A stretch of 64,000 nucleotides of DNA from Dicyema japonicum. Lineage: Eukaryota > Animalia > Dicyemida. Below the pieces are notes generated by a model. It saw nothing but the letters and a program-made list of their open reading frames with translations, was not told the origin of the DNA and searched no databases. Position numbers and translations under genes: made by a program. Positions 1-12,269 of the stretch are shown here, one piece after another (positions within the stretch are counted from its first letter, which is position 1; each line of letters opens with the position of its first letter). The DNA is taken from the NCBI GenBank assembly GCA_011109175.1, contig RDEW01000011.1, positions 1,012,088 to 1,076,087 of the forward strand, read 5' to 3'.

Positions 1-2416
1 AAAAAATCTCTCTCGATTGAAATGAAGAACAACATCCGCGCATTAATGGATGGAATTCATTTTACGGACCTCCCGTCCTTTTGCATCCATTCAACTGAGA
101 CTCGAAGTTCAACTCGGGAAACGGAGATTTTTTTTGCCTAAGAAGGACCGCATGATCGAAGTTGCTTGAAGGAGGAACCCGATCTGCATTGAAGGCCATC
201 TCACTCTCAGGCGGACCACGCAATCCAACCGCTGATACTTACAAGATTTTTTGGAAAAACATCCACCCTCTCCGAATGACCTACACCACTGTTCACCCCT
301 ATCAAAAGTGACCCCTTTGACCACGTCGCCTGAGGATGTCATCACAGCGTTATGGAACTTTGCACCAAGCAGCAATGGAGGTCTTGATTGCTTAAGACCC
401 GGCCATCTAAAGACCTTAATTCACCGACTATTGGAGGCCAAGCATGTCATCTTTCCTTTTCACTCACTTTTCTTATGAACTGGATATTATCTGGATATTT
501 GCCTGATTTGATACTACATATCTTGTTTTCGGCTAGTCTGATTGCAGTCGACAAGAAGGGAGGTGGTATCCGCCCGATCGCGGTCGGATTCACCTTCAGG
601 AGACTAGCAGCCAAGATTGCTTCCAGATTTTCTACGTCAATCTTGTCAAAATTCTTACTTCCCAGTCAAGTTGGAGTCGGAGTTCGTCTTGGATGTGAGG
701 CAGCCGTTCACTCCGTCAGGACATTCAGGAACCGCAGCATTCAAGACTTTAAAAGACACATTATGGTAAAGCTGGACATCAAGAACGCTTTTAACAGTAT
801 AAGAAGGGACTGCATTCTGGAGTCCTGCCAAGAAAGATGTCCATATATATATTTTTGAACTGGGAAAGCCCACGTCACTATTGCATGGAGATTTCATGGT
901 TCCATCGTCCTCAGGTGTTCAACAGGGCGACCCCTCGGACCACTGCTGTTCTCCCTCGGAATTGAGAGGATTACGAAGCTCTCTCGATTCCCACTCAACA
1001 TCTGGTACCTCGATGACGCTGTCTTAGGAGGTCCCCCGGAAACGGTCTTCCAGGAGTTAGAAGTACTCATCCCCGCGTTGTCCGAGGTGAGTCTTAGTTG
1101 AATACAACGAACTGTGAAATAACAAACTGTGGTTTTGCGGACAATGACTTTTTTTCAATTGTTCCAAAATTTTACTCTGTTTCCTGGTAGGATTTCGACC
1201 CCTGAAAACGAATTGATTTTTCTTGGATCCCAGATCACTAGGAATGCAATGAAGCATGTCCTCCTTGACAAAAAACAACTCCTATGCGAATCGCTGGATA
1301 GATTACAGCTACTTAACTCACACTCAGCACTATTCCTCATAAAAAGAAGTCTTAACATTCAGAAAATCCCCTGTTTATTCAGGACAACCCCGTACTATTC
1401 TTAATTGAAGCAGCTTGAGCACTTTTATTTGTATTTCCTCAGCTCGACGGAGCAAATATTTAATGTCAAATTCAACGATGCTACATGGAAGCAAGCTACA
1501 CTCCCAGTTAAATTTTGGGGGTCTTGGAATCCGTCACTTCCTGCACATCTGTCTTCACTCACGTCCTGCGAACCTTTGGTCAGGAGGATTCTACACTCCC
1601 TACCCGAATTCTCAATTGACCAAGACATAATCCACGCACGAGAAGCCTGGAATGCCACCAACCTCACCCTGCCTCCTTCACCTGACTACCAGCGAAACCT
1701 GGACAATTTATTATGTTGGAAATCTGGACCCTACTGGAATCAGCCAATCAACACCGACGCGCTTGTTTGCTTACGGGGGCTTCTCCAGAGAGCGGTGCCT
1801 GGCTCAACGTCATTCCCAATAGAGTTCTGGGCACCTTCCTGGATGACGAATGCGTCCGTATTGGGATCTCATTGAGACTGGGATTAATCCGTCCCGATGC
1901 GGAGACATGATCGACTGTTTTGGCCTACACCCTCTTTCCTGCAGGAAGAGTGCAGGCAGATTTCCCAGACACATGGCCTTGAACGAAGTCGTTAGGCGAG
2001 CTTTGGACACCGCCGGACACCCCTCCATGCTCGAACCTGTCGGCCTTTGCAGGCGGGACGGGAAACGACCAGATGAGATGACAATCTTCTTTTTGAAGCC
2101 GGGAAACCTCTTGTCTTGTACGTTACCTGCACCGACACATTTGCCTCTTGCAACCTACTCCAGAGTACCTCTTGAGAAGGCCGAGAAAATAAAACGGAAA
2201 AAGTACGCGGTCCTAGCCAAGGATTTTTTGTTTGTTCCACTCGCCGTTGAGACGTCTGGTTCCCTTGCGCCTGCGACGCTAGAATTCTTGAGTCGTCTAG
2301 GGAATTGGATCGCTACACGAAAAGGAGACCCTCGTGAGCGCTGCTGGTTATTTGAGCGAATCTCGCTCGCTATCCTGAGAGGGAATAGCCACGCAGTCAG
2401 GGCAGCCTCTATATAA
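1..2416 (+). mobile_element. CRE-clade non-LTR retrotransposon (RT + C-terminal RLE), frameshifted, 5' part outside window
   Basis: ORF fragments give RT motifs GGGIRPIAVG, QVGVG..GCEAAVH, KLDIKNAFNSI, GVQQGDP and WYLDD (1003-1017). These are followed by C..H...C, RH..LN, RPD and FVPLAVETSG..ERISLAILRGN motifs of the restriction-like endonuclease. Confidence 0.9.
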
Positions 2417-2859
2417 CCGTTTGCTTATTTTCTTCAATAAATTTTTGTTTCCAAAAAAATCTCTTCAATAGTCTTGGATATAAGAATGTTGAAATTATCC
2501 AGGCTTTCTGGAAAGAGGTAGCAAGGAGAGGAACGTGCCAAAACATTAACCTTAGGAGGTTAAATTCTTCAAGAGAAAGTAAATGGATCAAGTTCATGCA
2601 GATTAACTGCGGCTTCACTTATATCTGAAAGTTTTTTATTAAGAATATGAGGGATAATCCTTGTGGAAATAAGAGATAATAAGCATGATTAAGCATAAAA
2701 TACAAAAACAACAACTAGCCGCCCGGAATGGTCCGGGTAAACAGAAATTCCATCTTATCAGCTCGATTATTTCGATTGTCTTGTTACGTAAATAAAATTT
2801 TCGATGTGATTCACCTTCAGTGGAGAAAATTGGATACCAGTATCAATCTGGCAACTATA

Positions 2860-4748
2860 AGAACCACAATTATTTCCCTGTCAACCTTTTTAACGACCTC
2901 TGGGAAGTCGGAATGGATAATGGTGGCTATTGAGCGGGCGCATAGCTTTCGCACCCATAGATCAGATTGACTACTCCTATCCTTGCTGGGGACATCGAAC
3001 AGAACCCCTGGCCCCACAAGAACGGGAAATTCTTCAATATCATGTAATTCAACATAAACGGCCCCACACACAAATCAACTGAACTTTTTGGATTTCTAAC
3101 TTTCCACAAAATTGATATTGCCGTGCTACAAAAAACGAAACTATCCAGAAAGTCAACGCTTCTACACTACAAAGACTACTCAATTGTCCGCCGTAATCAA
3201 CCAAATTCAAACAGGGGAGGCGGTGTTCTCATACTCATACATAAATCTATTCCATTCTCCGATACTTCCTCTCAGACACAAGCTCTGTTTGAAGATGACG
3301 ATCACATTGAACTTACTTCTGTCTTGGTGAAAATATTGACACAAGTTACACATTTGTAAATATTTACATCCCACCACCAAGTCTCACTATGAAACAATAC
3401 TCCCCAAAACTAACCGAATTGCAAAAGATTGAAAATGTAATAATCTGCGGAGACTTAAATGCAAAAGATTCGCTCTGGATAATCGGCCAAAAGAGTAATG
3501 AGAGTGGGTTTCAGGTCATCTCTTAACTATAACAATTAGTTATCCTCAATGACAGAAAATCACACACTCTGACAGCTTCCAGACCCGGACAATCCAATAC
3601 ATTTCCTGACCTCACATTATGTTCTCCATCACTATCTTCGGCGATATCTAGGAGAATTGTATATGACCTACACTCAGACATGGAATTCAGTCGAAAAAAA
3701 GAGAATGGAGACAACCCACGCCACCAGTATTGACAAGAATCAAACACCACGTGATTTCATTCATGGCCATTCATGGCAGATATCATAATGGACCACTACG
3801 CAAAAGTGAGTCACATCGATATGAACAATTCCATGCAAATTAAAAAAAGTTCAAACTCCTCAAGGAAAACCGATTGAAATAAGTACGTCTGATGTCGAAA
3901 AACTCATTAAAAACGCCCAAAACTCTCCTGCCAAAGGGCTTGATGGAATCTGCATTTTGCAATTAAAGCACCTAAGAATGCAAATACTCAAAGCAATAAT
4001 AAACATAATCTCTGTGTCCATAAACAACTGCCGAATTCTTGCACTATGGAAAAAATCGAAAATAATCCCAATCCTGAAGCCCAAGAAAGATCCTTCGGAT
4101 CCGGGATCTTTCAGACCAATTTCACTACTATCTGTAGTATCGAAAATTATTGAACGTGTTGTATTGAAACTAATATCGGAGTATCTTCCCTTCCCAGATT
4201 TTCAACATGGCTTTCGTCCACAATATTCAACATCAACACATCTCTCTAGCCTAACTCAATATATCGCTGATGGTTTCAACAATTATAATCCTCCCAAACG
4301 GACTATCCTTACATCGATTGACCTAACCAAGGCGTTTGATCGAACATCAAGGCCTGCAGTTTCTCTCCCAAGCCTAAAGCCTAGATCATTCCTGCCACTC
4401 TATGCAAACCGCAAAGCAAAAGAAAAATTATTATGACTCGGAGACAATAAAATACTATACCGGCCCCCTCCTCCAACCAATCAGAATCCTCTCATCCACG
4501 AGTAAACCTGGCTCGTCTACAATGTGGGCACCACCCATATTTACCAACATACGATATCCTCTCTCCCTTTTGCAACCTCCACGTGTTGACAACAAATCAT
4601 CAATTTGAATGTCATGAATTAGCACAACGTTCGACTACTATGCCGAGACTGACCGATCTATGGGGGCGACCAACATATGCTGCGTCCTATTTAATAGCTG
4701 CTGGCCTCCTACAAGTTAGTTAGGCTGGAGTTACTTAACTAACTAATA
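2860..4748 (+). mobile_element. Decayed single-ORF APE-RT LINE (Ingi/Vingi-like) with N-terminal 2A-like peptide; RT internally deleted
   Basis: Leader MVAIERAHSFR..LILAGDIEQNP/GP (2920-3015). APE motifs FNING, GGGVLILI, ICGDLNA. RT N-half (SFRPISLLS, QHGFRP, DLTKAFD), C-terminal Cys/His knuckle remnant and TDLWGRP, then an AACT-repeat tail at ~4737-4748. Confidence 0.8.
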
Positions 4749-4774
4749 AATGGTTTTTTCATTAAAAAATAATC

Positions 4775-4945
4775 TTATATACTCTGGAAATATCAGTATG
4801 TTCTATTGTATTCACTGGGGGTGGTCTCGTGATTTTAAAAACTTGGTCTTTTAATAAATAAAAGAGTAATAATCCAAAAGACTTTGGATATCATCTTTTA
4901 TAGAAATGAGGCTGAGTCTTTGAGAAGTAAGCTTAATGAATGAAT
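4775..4945 (+). mobile_element. Possible C-terminal remnant of an R4-type RLE retrotransposon
   Basis: Frames give SIVFTGGGLV and RVIIQKTLDII, resembling PIVLTWDELV..VIRKTLESM of the element at 12297-13094. Confidence 0.35.
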
Positions 4946-5208
4946 ATAATATATTTATTTTCGTGTAATGCACATAACCCATTGGATTGTTCAAAAAATA
5001 TAAATATTCTACATAAACAGAATAAACTAAATAATCATTTTTGCAATTTGAGATATTTAAATTGACAAAAGACATACTTACTTGAGACCAGTTAGCGAAT
5101 TGTAAGTTTGAGGTGGATACGTAGCTCACCAAATGTCTACTTAGGTTCCCCGAAGAGGTATAATATATTTATAAGTTGGTAGTAATAAATGACTTTAATA
5201 TCAAATAA

Positions 5209-5935
5209 TTAAATAAATGAATTTTCATAGCCAAAGTCAAAGGAGTATTGAGGATTCCTGCAGTAATAAATAATAAGACCAGTTAAGCCATGACTGAATA
5301 CTATCACTAATATTATGTGAAGTTTGGTCAAACATTTTGTGAAGTTTAAAGTAAAGTTGACTTAATATTGGCTTATTTAGTGACTGATCAACTGGTTCAT
5401 TGATCATTACTGATTTATTATTGAATTTGGCAAATATATACACTTTATTGACATCTCTAAGACACAAAACAACAGAATACCCAACAAGTGAGTATCCCCC
5501 AGGTGGTCGATCAGTTTGAGAGATGATTAAGTCAGTGAGGACTGTTTTGGCATTATTGAAGTTCTCGTGTCTGACCATTAATATTTTGTTCTTCAATGCC
5601 TTTTCCTTATCTACAATATGGGGGATAAGTACTATTGAAAATCATTGAGATTGGAATATAATCACTTGGAGTGTGGGAGTCTTCTTCGAATATGAGGATG
5701 TCAGTAATCACACGAGAAGATTGCTCCTAGTGGATGAATTATTTAATTAAACTCTTGAAAAGCTAATATATCTTTTCTTTTTTTTGAATGTAGTACTCCA
5801 TCCAATATCCGAGTCTTCCCCAGTGTGTGATTTAGTAATCTTAATTATATTATAATTTACTGTATTATAATTTGAAGGAATGATGCAATCATCACTCACT
5901 ATTATTATTGATGATATTGGACTACAATCACACAT
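5209..5935 (-). CDS. MVB12: ESCRT-I subunit MVB12 (MABP + UMA domains), 5 exons
   Basis: Spliced product PISSIIIVSD..SDIGWSTTFKKKKRYISFSR-EQSSRVITDILIF..KEKALKNK..LTDLIISQTDRPPGGYSLVG-DVNKVYIF..YSFDFGYENSFI* matches MABP repeats and the UMA end. GT-AG introns at 5727-5752 (26 nt), 5611-5632 (22), 5457-5480 (24), 5258-5279 (22). Confidence 0.85.
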
Positions 5936-6084
5936 TATTATTTAAATTTTAATAATTATTAAGAACAATTATTTTTATTTAGACAACGAAAACATTTATA
6001 TTAAGTTTTAACTATTAGTGTTGTCACTCGTGTCGCTTTTAGTTCTGTTGAATCTTAAGTGGCATCAATTTCTTAGGAGACGCC

Positions 6085-6575
6085 CATTACTTGCTCGGCA
6101 TTAAAAATCTCTTCCTTACTCAACTGAAAGGATTCCCACAATAGCGAATATATGAACTGGTCTAGAGCCCTTGGTATATCCATCTGGTAAGTCAGCATAT
6201 TTTTTTATCGCTTTCATAGCAGCGAGCTGTTTTTGGATGGTAGATGTTGCCTGTGGCATAGGTGTCCGTGCATGTGACGTCCAAGACCAGAAGCTTCCCA
6301 GCTTCAAACGGAAAAAATGGATATCCCATCTGGCCAGTTTCAATCATTCCTACATTAGCTGACCGGTTGGAGAAAAAACGGATAATCGGATCATCCATAG
6401 CCCGTTTGACGACTTCGTTTAGGACCTTGTGTCTAGAGATTTTTCAGGCACTCCCCCTACAGGGGAGTGGGTGTAGACAGAAGCCGTCGATCTGCTCACC
6501 ACATCTGTGCCGATGAATTTAAGACGTAATGAGTCTCCAATTCCAATGGAATCGTCGTCCAGAAACATTCCCAGT
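6085..6575 (-). mobile_element. CRE-clade 3' fragment (RLE domain), decayed
   Basis: FLDDDS..IG, FEAGKLLVLDVTCTDTYA and KKYADL motifs match the CRE copy at 1-2416. Confidence 0.75.
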
Positions 6576-7229
6576 TATGTTAACTAATCGCTGAGACAAG
6601 GCCAAAGAATGTTCTTAACTTTTTTGTGTGAGTTCTAGTAAACGATTCGATTCTACAGTGAGGTATTCTCTGACGGCGTCTCATCAAACTCAGAAACATT
6701 GCAGATGCATAAAACCTTCAATTGGAATGTACAGCAGCAAGATTGGAAACCAAAAATCACCATTAAATTAAGGAGACAATTCCTGCTTCTCTCAGCAACC
6801 ATCGAGTCTTCACTAGGTGTTCTTCATGGGATTCATACACCTTCTGTAAACTTGTACTACTGGCAAGAGTTCACGTAAGATGAACTGCCCGCCCGTTTTT
6901 ACTAAGATCTCGAAGGAGGTACGATTTATCATGGGGGACTTTTTGAGAGTTCCGATTACTAAAGAGAAGTTCTTGGTTTTATTTAAGTGTTTTTGTTAGG
7001 TTTATACTCTAAGCTGATGAATGACTTAATGTAGTATATATGAATTTAGCGTTGAAGATGAACAGTTCCTATAGTCCCCTTTATGATGTTGTATTTTTTT
7101 GGCAAAAGAACATAATGTTGAAATTGTTGCTCAAAAGTCATGAGCGAGTCAAACATAAACCCCAATATTTTTATTACGGTCTTGCAGGATTTTATTTGTC
7201 CTCCATTATGAGACACAGTCAATCTTCAA

Positions 7230-7760
7230 TATGAAATAAAAGTATTATCCACGATTTGTCATTAAATTTGTGTTTTATCATCTTTTTGGGTGATTGTCTG
7301 ATGGCTTTTTGCACATGTATGTCGTCTTCAAATTTGGTTAGTAGATCGTATAAAACAGATTAAAAAGTACTTGTGACTAAGGGGATCCTTGTGGCATGCC
7401 GTCTGGTAGGAGTTAAAAGACGGACTTTGAAGTTGATATCTCCAATGTTTGTCGATACTGAAATTCCAAAGAATTCCACAATAGATGGGAAATTGTCGTA
7501 GCTAAGAATCGTCTCGTAATAGATATCTTTGATAAAAGTAATGATTCCTCCGCAACCTGACAGTCGATCTGTACTCTTTCGCTACTCCTTTTTTAAATGG
7601 GTTACTAATTCCTTGCAGAAACTTAGTAAACTTTGACCATTTTTCAAAACTGACTTTCCGGCGGATGTACCATCGCACGTTGGAATAAGCTGAATGGTTT
7701 TCTGTTTGAGAGAATTAATATATTCGATCCTCGAAGTGAAATGACAAATCTCCAGACGGA
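7230..7760 (-). mobile_element. Decayed APE endonuclease fragment of a LINE
   Basis: Minus frame gives DRLSGCGGIITFIK, like the DR...GGG..TF motif of the other APE domains here; many stops. Confidence 0.5.
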
Positions 7761-7829
7761 ACAAGCGTATTCGAGTCTACTTTAATTACTTTAGTTAGTT
7801 GTTCCGACATCACTAACGTCCAAATTTAG

Positions 7830-9979
7830 ATGTGGGTCACATCCTCGTGGCAAAATTTGGATGCTATTTCCTTCATTATTATTATATTATTATGTTGCCA
7901 TCAGACTGCCGACATTATGTGATGGGTTTGCTATACGCGTGGACGCAGCTGTGGTGGCTCATAGGGGATGGAGTATCAACGACAGGATTGCCATCCTCCA
8001 ACTACTTCTCGGAAATAACCGTAATACTACTCTATTGATTATCAATGTATATGCACCGACCATAGTGAGGGTATCCGCCAACGCAGAGGAACTTGACAAT
8101 TTCTACTCTTTATCATCGGCTTACTCCTCTCTATCCAGCTCCTGCATGCTCTTTATAGCGGGAGACTGGAATTCAAAAGTGGGGAAAAAGCGGGAATAAT
8201 CAGCTTGCTTGGGCAGCCACGCTCGAGAGATCAAAAATTTGTCCGGGGAGGCCCTTATACATTTCTGCGAGTCATTTGGACTATTCCTTTGTAACACGGC
8301 GTTCCGACATGCAGCATGACATATTACGACGTGGACAGGCCAGAGGAGAGACTCCTGTGGAAATCGAGTCCATATATTTAACCAAATCGACTACATACTA
8401 TGCAGGCAAACACAGAAGGGGCTACTCACGGACTCCCGAACGTACAGTGGCATGATGACCTCGAGTGATCACAGACTAGTAGTGGCACGTCTCATTCTAA
8501 AGCGACGCTTTGGAATCTCTGGAGCACTGGCTGGACCTTCGCCATGGAGGCTCTATGTGCTTCCGACAATACCCGTAAAATGTACGGCCAGAAAATATCG
8601 AAACTGTTGGAAAATGTCGACACGAATATGTCACCCGGGCAGCTATGGAAGAATATTTCTATCAGAGTCAGGCAGGCTGCTGGGATGGTACTGGGAAATC
8701 GCCCAAGGAGGTTCAAGGGAACTTTTGACAAAGAAATAGAAGAACTGTCAAAAAACCAAAGGAAACTCCGACTCTTAATCGAGTCGTCAGACTTGACAAG
8801 CCAAACTGACTCTCTTAAAAGAGAAGCAACAGAATCAAATACAAAATAAAGAAAAGAGTGAGGGAACTAGGCCGGCATACACTGGATAACTTGGCAAAAG
8901 ACGCCGAACGGTACAAACGTGATGCAAGAATGTTTGCAGCTGTTAAACAATTATCCCGCACCACCAGACCGGAAAAAATCACAATTCTTGATGATACAGA
9001 AAAAGTATTAATCAACGGCCAGGAATCAGCAAATAAAATTGCTGTTTTCTACAAAAAACGACTAAATCTCAATGAGCACTTGAAACCGTTCGAAGGAACT
9101 CCCAGAGACTTGAATCAAAGCATCACGCATTACGAAGTCGTTTCAGCTTTGGGTAATCTCAAGAATAGCAGAGCCCCTGGACCGGACAACGTGAATGCAG
9201 AATTATTGAAATGCGCGCCAGACAAGGTGGCTGAGTTAATCTGCATAGTCAAATGTCACAGTCCAATGGATGCGGAGAATGGCACCTTGATCCCAATTCA
9301 GAATCCTGGAAAGGAAAGAGGCAATCTAAACAGCTTACGCCCGATTACACTAATGGATACGATAAGGAAAATACTCTCCCTTGTTGTGCTGGATCGTATT
9401 TCGGGCCCTGTAAATGAGTTCCTGAACCCAAGTCAAAATGGATTCAGTCCTGGAAGGTCGACGGAAGACGTTGTATGTAGCCACATGTTGATGTGTGCAA
9501 TTTGCCAGAAACACAAAGAAGAAATCTCAATTTTTGGAAGTGACTTATACCATGCATTCGACACTATCAACCGCAAGAAGCTAATGCACGTACTGGAAAG
9601 TATTCTAGACGAAAATGCATCACGTATGATCAGATTTTTACTCTCCAACACATCGCTATCAGTACGCGTAGGAAATTACAATGCAACAAAATTTAAAACC
9701 GACACTGGCGCACCACAGGGAGACTCGTTATCCCCGGTCCTATTCATAATATACCTGGAAACAGCTCTAAAACCTCTACTGGAAAAGAACTGTTTCACTA
9801 ACGTGATGGAAGTAATCTACGCCGATGATATTGATTTCGTCTGCCGGGATTGGGATAGGCTGGAAACTATACTAAAAGTGATCCCTCAAGGCTTGGAGGA
9901 CTGGTCCCTGGTAGTAAACCCAGACAAAACGGAAAGAACTAGCATATCCCGTTGCACGACGAGAAAAGAGGAAAAGTAA
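7830..9979 (+). mobile_element. RTE-clade LINE (APE + RT), frameshifted, 3'-truncated
   Basis: INVYAPT, IAGDWNSKVG, NQIDYIL, SDHRLV. The 373-aa RT ORF (8858-9979) has RAPGPD, QNGF, GAPQGDSLSPVLF and YADD. Confidence 0.9.
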
Positions 9980-10135
9980 AAGACCCTCTTCAATCTTCCC
10001 ACGGGGTCTATTTTTCAGAAAATTCCTGTGGCGGCAATTAATTTATAAAAACAATCATTTAATAAAATTTTAATAATTTATATTTATTCTTTGGTTAACC
10101 TAACAATTAAAACGTTGACACTTTTGAACTAGCTG

Positions 10136-11723
10136 ATGAATCATCTCTCTACCTCACTTGGACGATTTGTTAATGATTTAGTTGAGATTGGTTCGATCAA
10201 ATTCGGTGATTTCATGTTGGGAAACAATGAACCTACTACAGTTTACTTTGATCTTCGATTAATTCCTTCATATCCATCCATTATGGTAATAATATTTCCC
10301 AAATCGTAAGAAACGTGTAGTTGATTTAATTTCTGCCAAAATAATAAATCATGATCTGAAGTACGACATTATATGTGGGGTACCTTTTGCGGCCATCAGT
10401 TTTGCCAGTGTAGTTTGTCTATAAATATTGTTGTGCATTTCCGTGGAACTAAACAAGGGGATGATCTTGAAGAGACACTCTATGAAGAAATACGGGACTC
10501 AGAAGCTAATAGAGGGACACTGGAGAAAGGGAATGAAATGTCTCATTATTGAGGATGTGGTTGTCCAAGGGAATTCCATTAAAGATGTCGTTGAGGTTAC
10601 TATTCCGTAATTACCAAAGGATCTTCGAAATAACGGAATAATTGTTGAAGATGCCGTCACCATTTTGGATAGAGAAGAAGGGGGAGTCGATTATCTGTGG
10701 AATACTTGTAATGTCAGATTACATTCGTTTGCATCGTATTAATCCAAGAGTTGTCACATGTCGAGATATTTATAATGTTATAAAAAATGATGAAATGTCC
10801 TCTAAATTGTTGGACTTTATCAATTTAAAGTGCTGTACTCCTAATATGGTTAGTAATAGTCTATTATTAGAAATTTGAAATACCCCCACGTGGGCAGATT
10901 AACAAGGCAGGCTCTGAATTGTGGAAAATATCTAAGAGAAAGAGGACTAACATAATCCTTGCTGTTGACTTTGATGATGTCGAGCGAATATTATCAGTAA
11001 TGTGTTTTATCATGTAGATGATTGACACGTGTGCTGATTACATTTGTGGCGTTAAATTACATTCTGATGTTGTTGGGGATTTTGACGATCAGTTTGTGGG
11101 TAAGATTGTTGAGTTGGCAAACACACGTGATTTTCTGTTGATAGAAGACAGGTAGTTGGTCTTATGATAAGGGAAATTGTGTGATTTGGGTGAGACTGTC
11201 TTATCCCAGTACACACGTGGGAATGTGTGTATGTCTAATTGGGCACATTTGGTGACAGTTCATGGTATTTTTGGAGATAACATTGTCGAGGAAATCAAAA
11301 ATGTATAATTAATGATTATTTGAGGGAATTGGGGAAAATAATGGTTGTCGTGGATGTTTGCTTATTTCAGAGATGAGTTCAAATTCTTCATTTAAATCAT
11401 CCGCCTATCGAACTAGTATTTGGCTATTTTATTGTGAGATGTGCTCAAATTAGCTCAAAGACATTCAGATTTTGTTGCTGGTTTTATATGTCAAGAGAGA
11501 CTCACTGATAATGGACAGTTTATAAATGTGACTCCTGGTTTGTTTATTAGTGTTATTAGGTGTTCGTTTGGAGACTAATAATGATAGCTTGGATCAGGTT
11601 TATAGTAATCCTGTTGAGAATAATAGTTTGAGTGACTTTTATGTTGTTGGTCGTGGAATTACAGAGACATCTAATCCATTGGAGTCTGTTATTCATTATA
11701 GGGATCATCTTTACCATTATTAA
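10136..11723 (+). CDS. UMPS: UMP synthase (OPRT-ODCase fusion), 11 exons; two junctions non-canonical
   Basis: Spliced product has IKFGDF..YFDLR, ICGVP, KKYGTQKLIEG, CLIIEDVV (OPRT) and LAVD, VKLHSD, EDRKLCDLGET, EMSS, TPGV, VVGRGI (ODCase). Introns: 10286-10310, 10410-10433, 10596-10619, 10727-10748, 10849-10870, 10997-11017, 11152-11172, 11303-11324, 11416-11438, 11538-11559. Confidence 0.92.
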
Positions 11724-12269
11724 TTACTTTTTAGTTTTGGTGTGTCATTTAAATTTTTGAACTCTATCTAGAGGACCGGTCCTTTATATTAATAACAATG
11801 ACTACATTTAGGGTCACATGTGACTAATACTTTTAAAAATACAGACTGCCGCACAATAATTTAGTATTTTATAAGGTTGGTTGACTGTATATAATATTTT
11901 AAAATCATCTAATATTCGTAATTTAGTCTAGTGTGAAAAATAAACTATTAGTAGCGTATTTTTCCGACAACCAGCATACTCTTACAACATATTATGTGAC
12001 AATCCGCTGGTGTGACAGCGCCGTTGGTGTAACGCTTTATAACAGAATACAAAAAAAATATTTTTTAATATTAAGCTCATTAGAAAACGACAAATACATT
12101 AAATCCTCATTAATCCGAACCAAAAAAAATTCGATGCCTTGTGAAGGTAACAAATATACTAATTTAATTGTAATTAATTTTTATGTTTTCATATATCATT
12201 TTTTAATGTAACCAGTTTATTGTACAAAAGTAATGTTAATAATTTAGTTATAAATATTTTATTTTTATT

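Noticed and set aside
1-2420. CRE elements targeting spliced-leader or other RNA genes
   Set aside because: Flanks of the CRE copies differ from each other, and I could not recognise any SL RNA, tRNA or rRNA in the window.
4851-5132. 93-aa minus-strand ORF next to MVB12
   Set aside because: AT-rich low-complexity translation with a non-ATG start and no recognisable homology.
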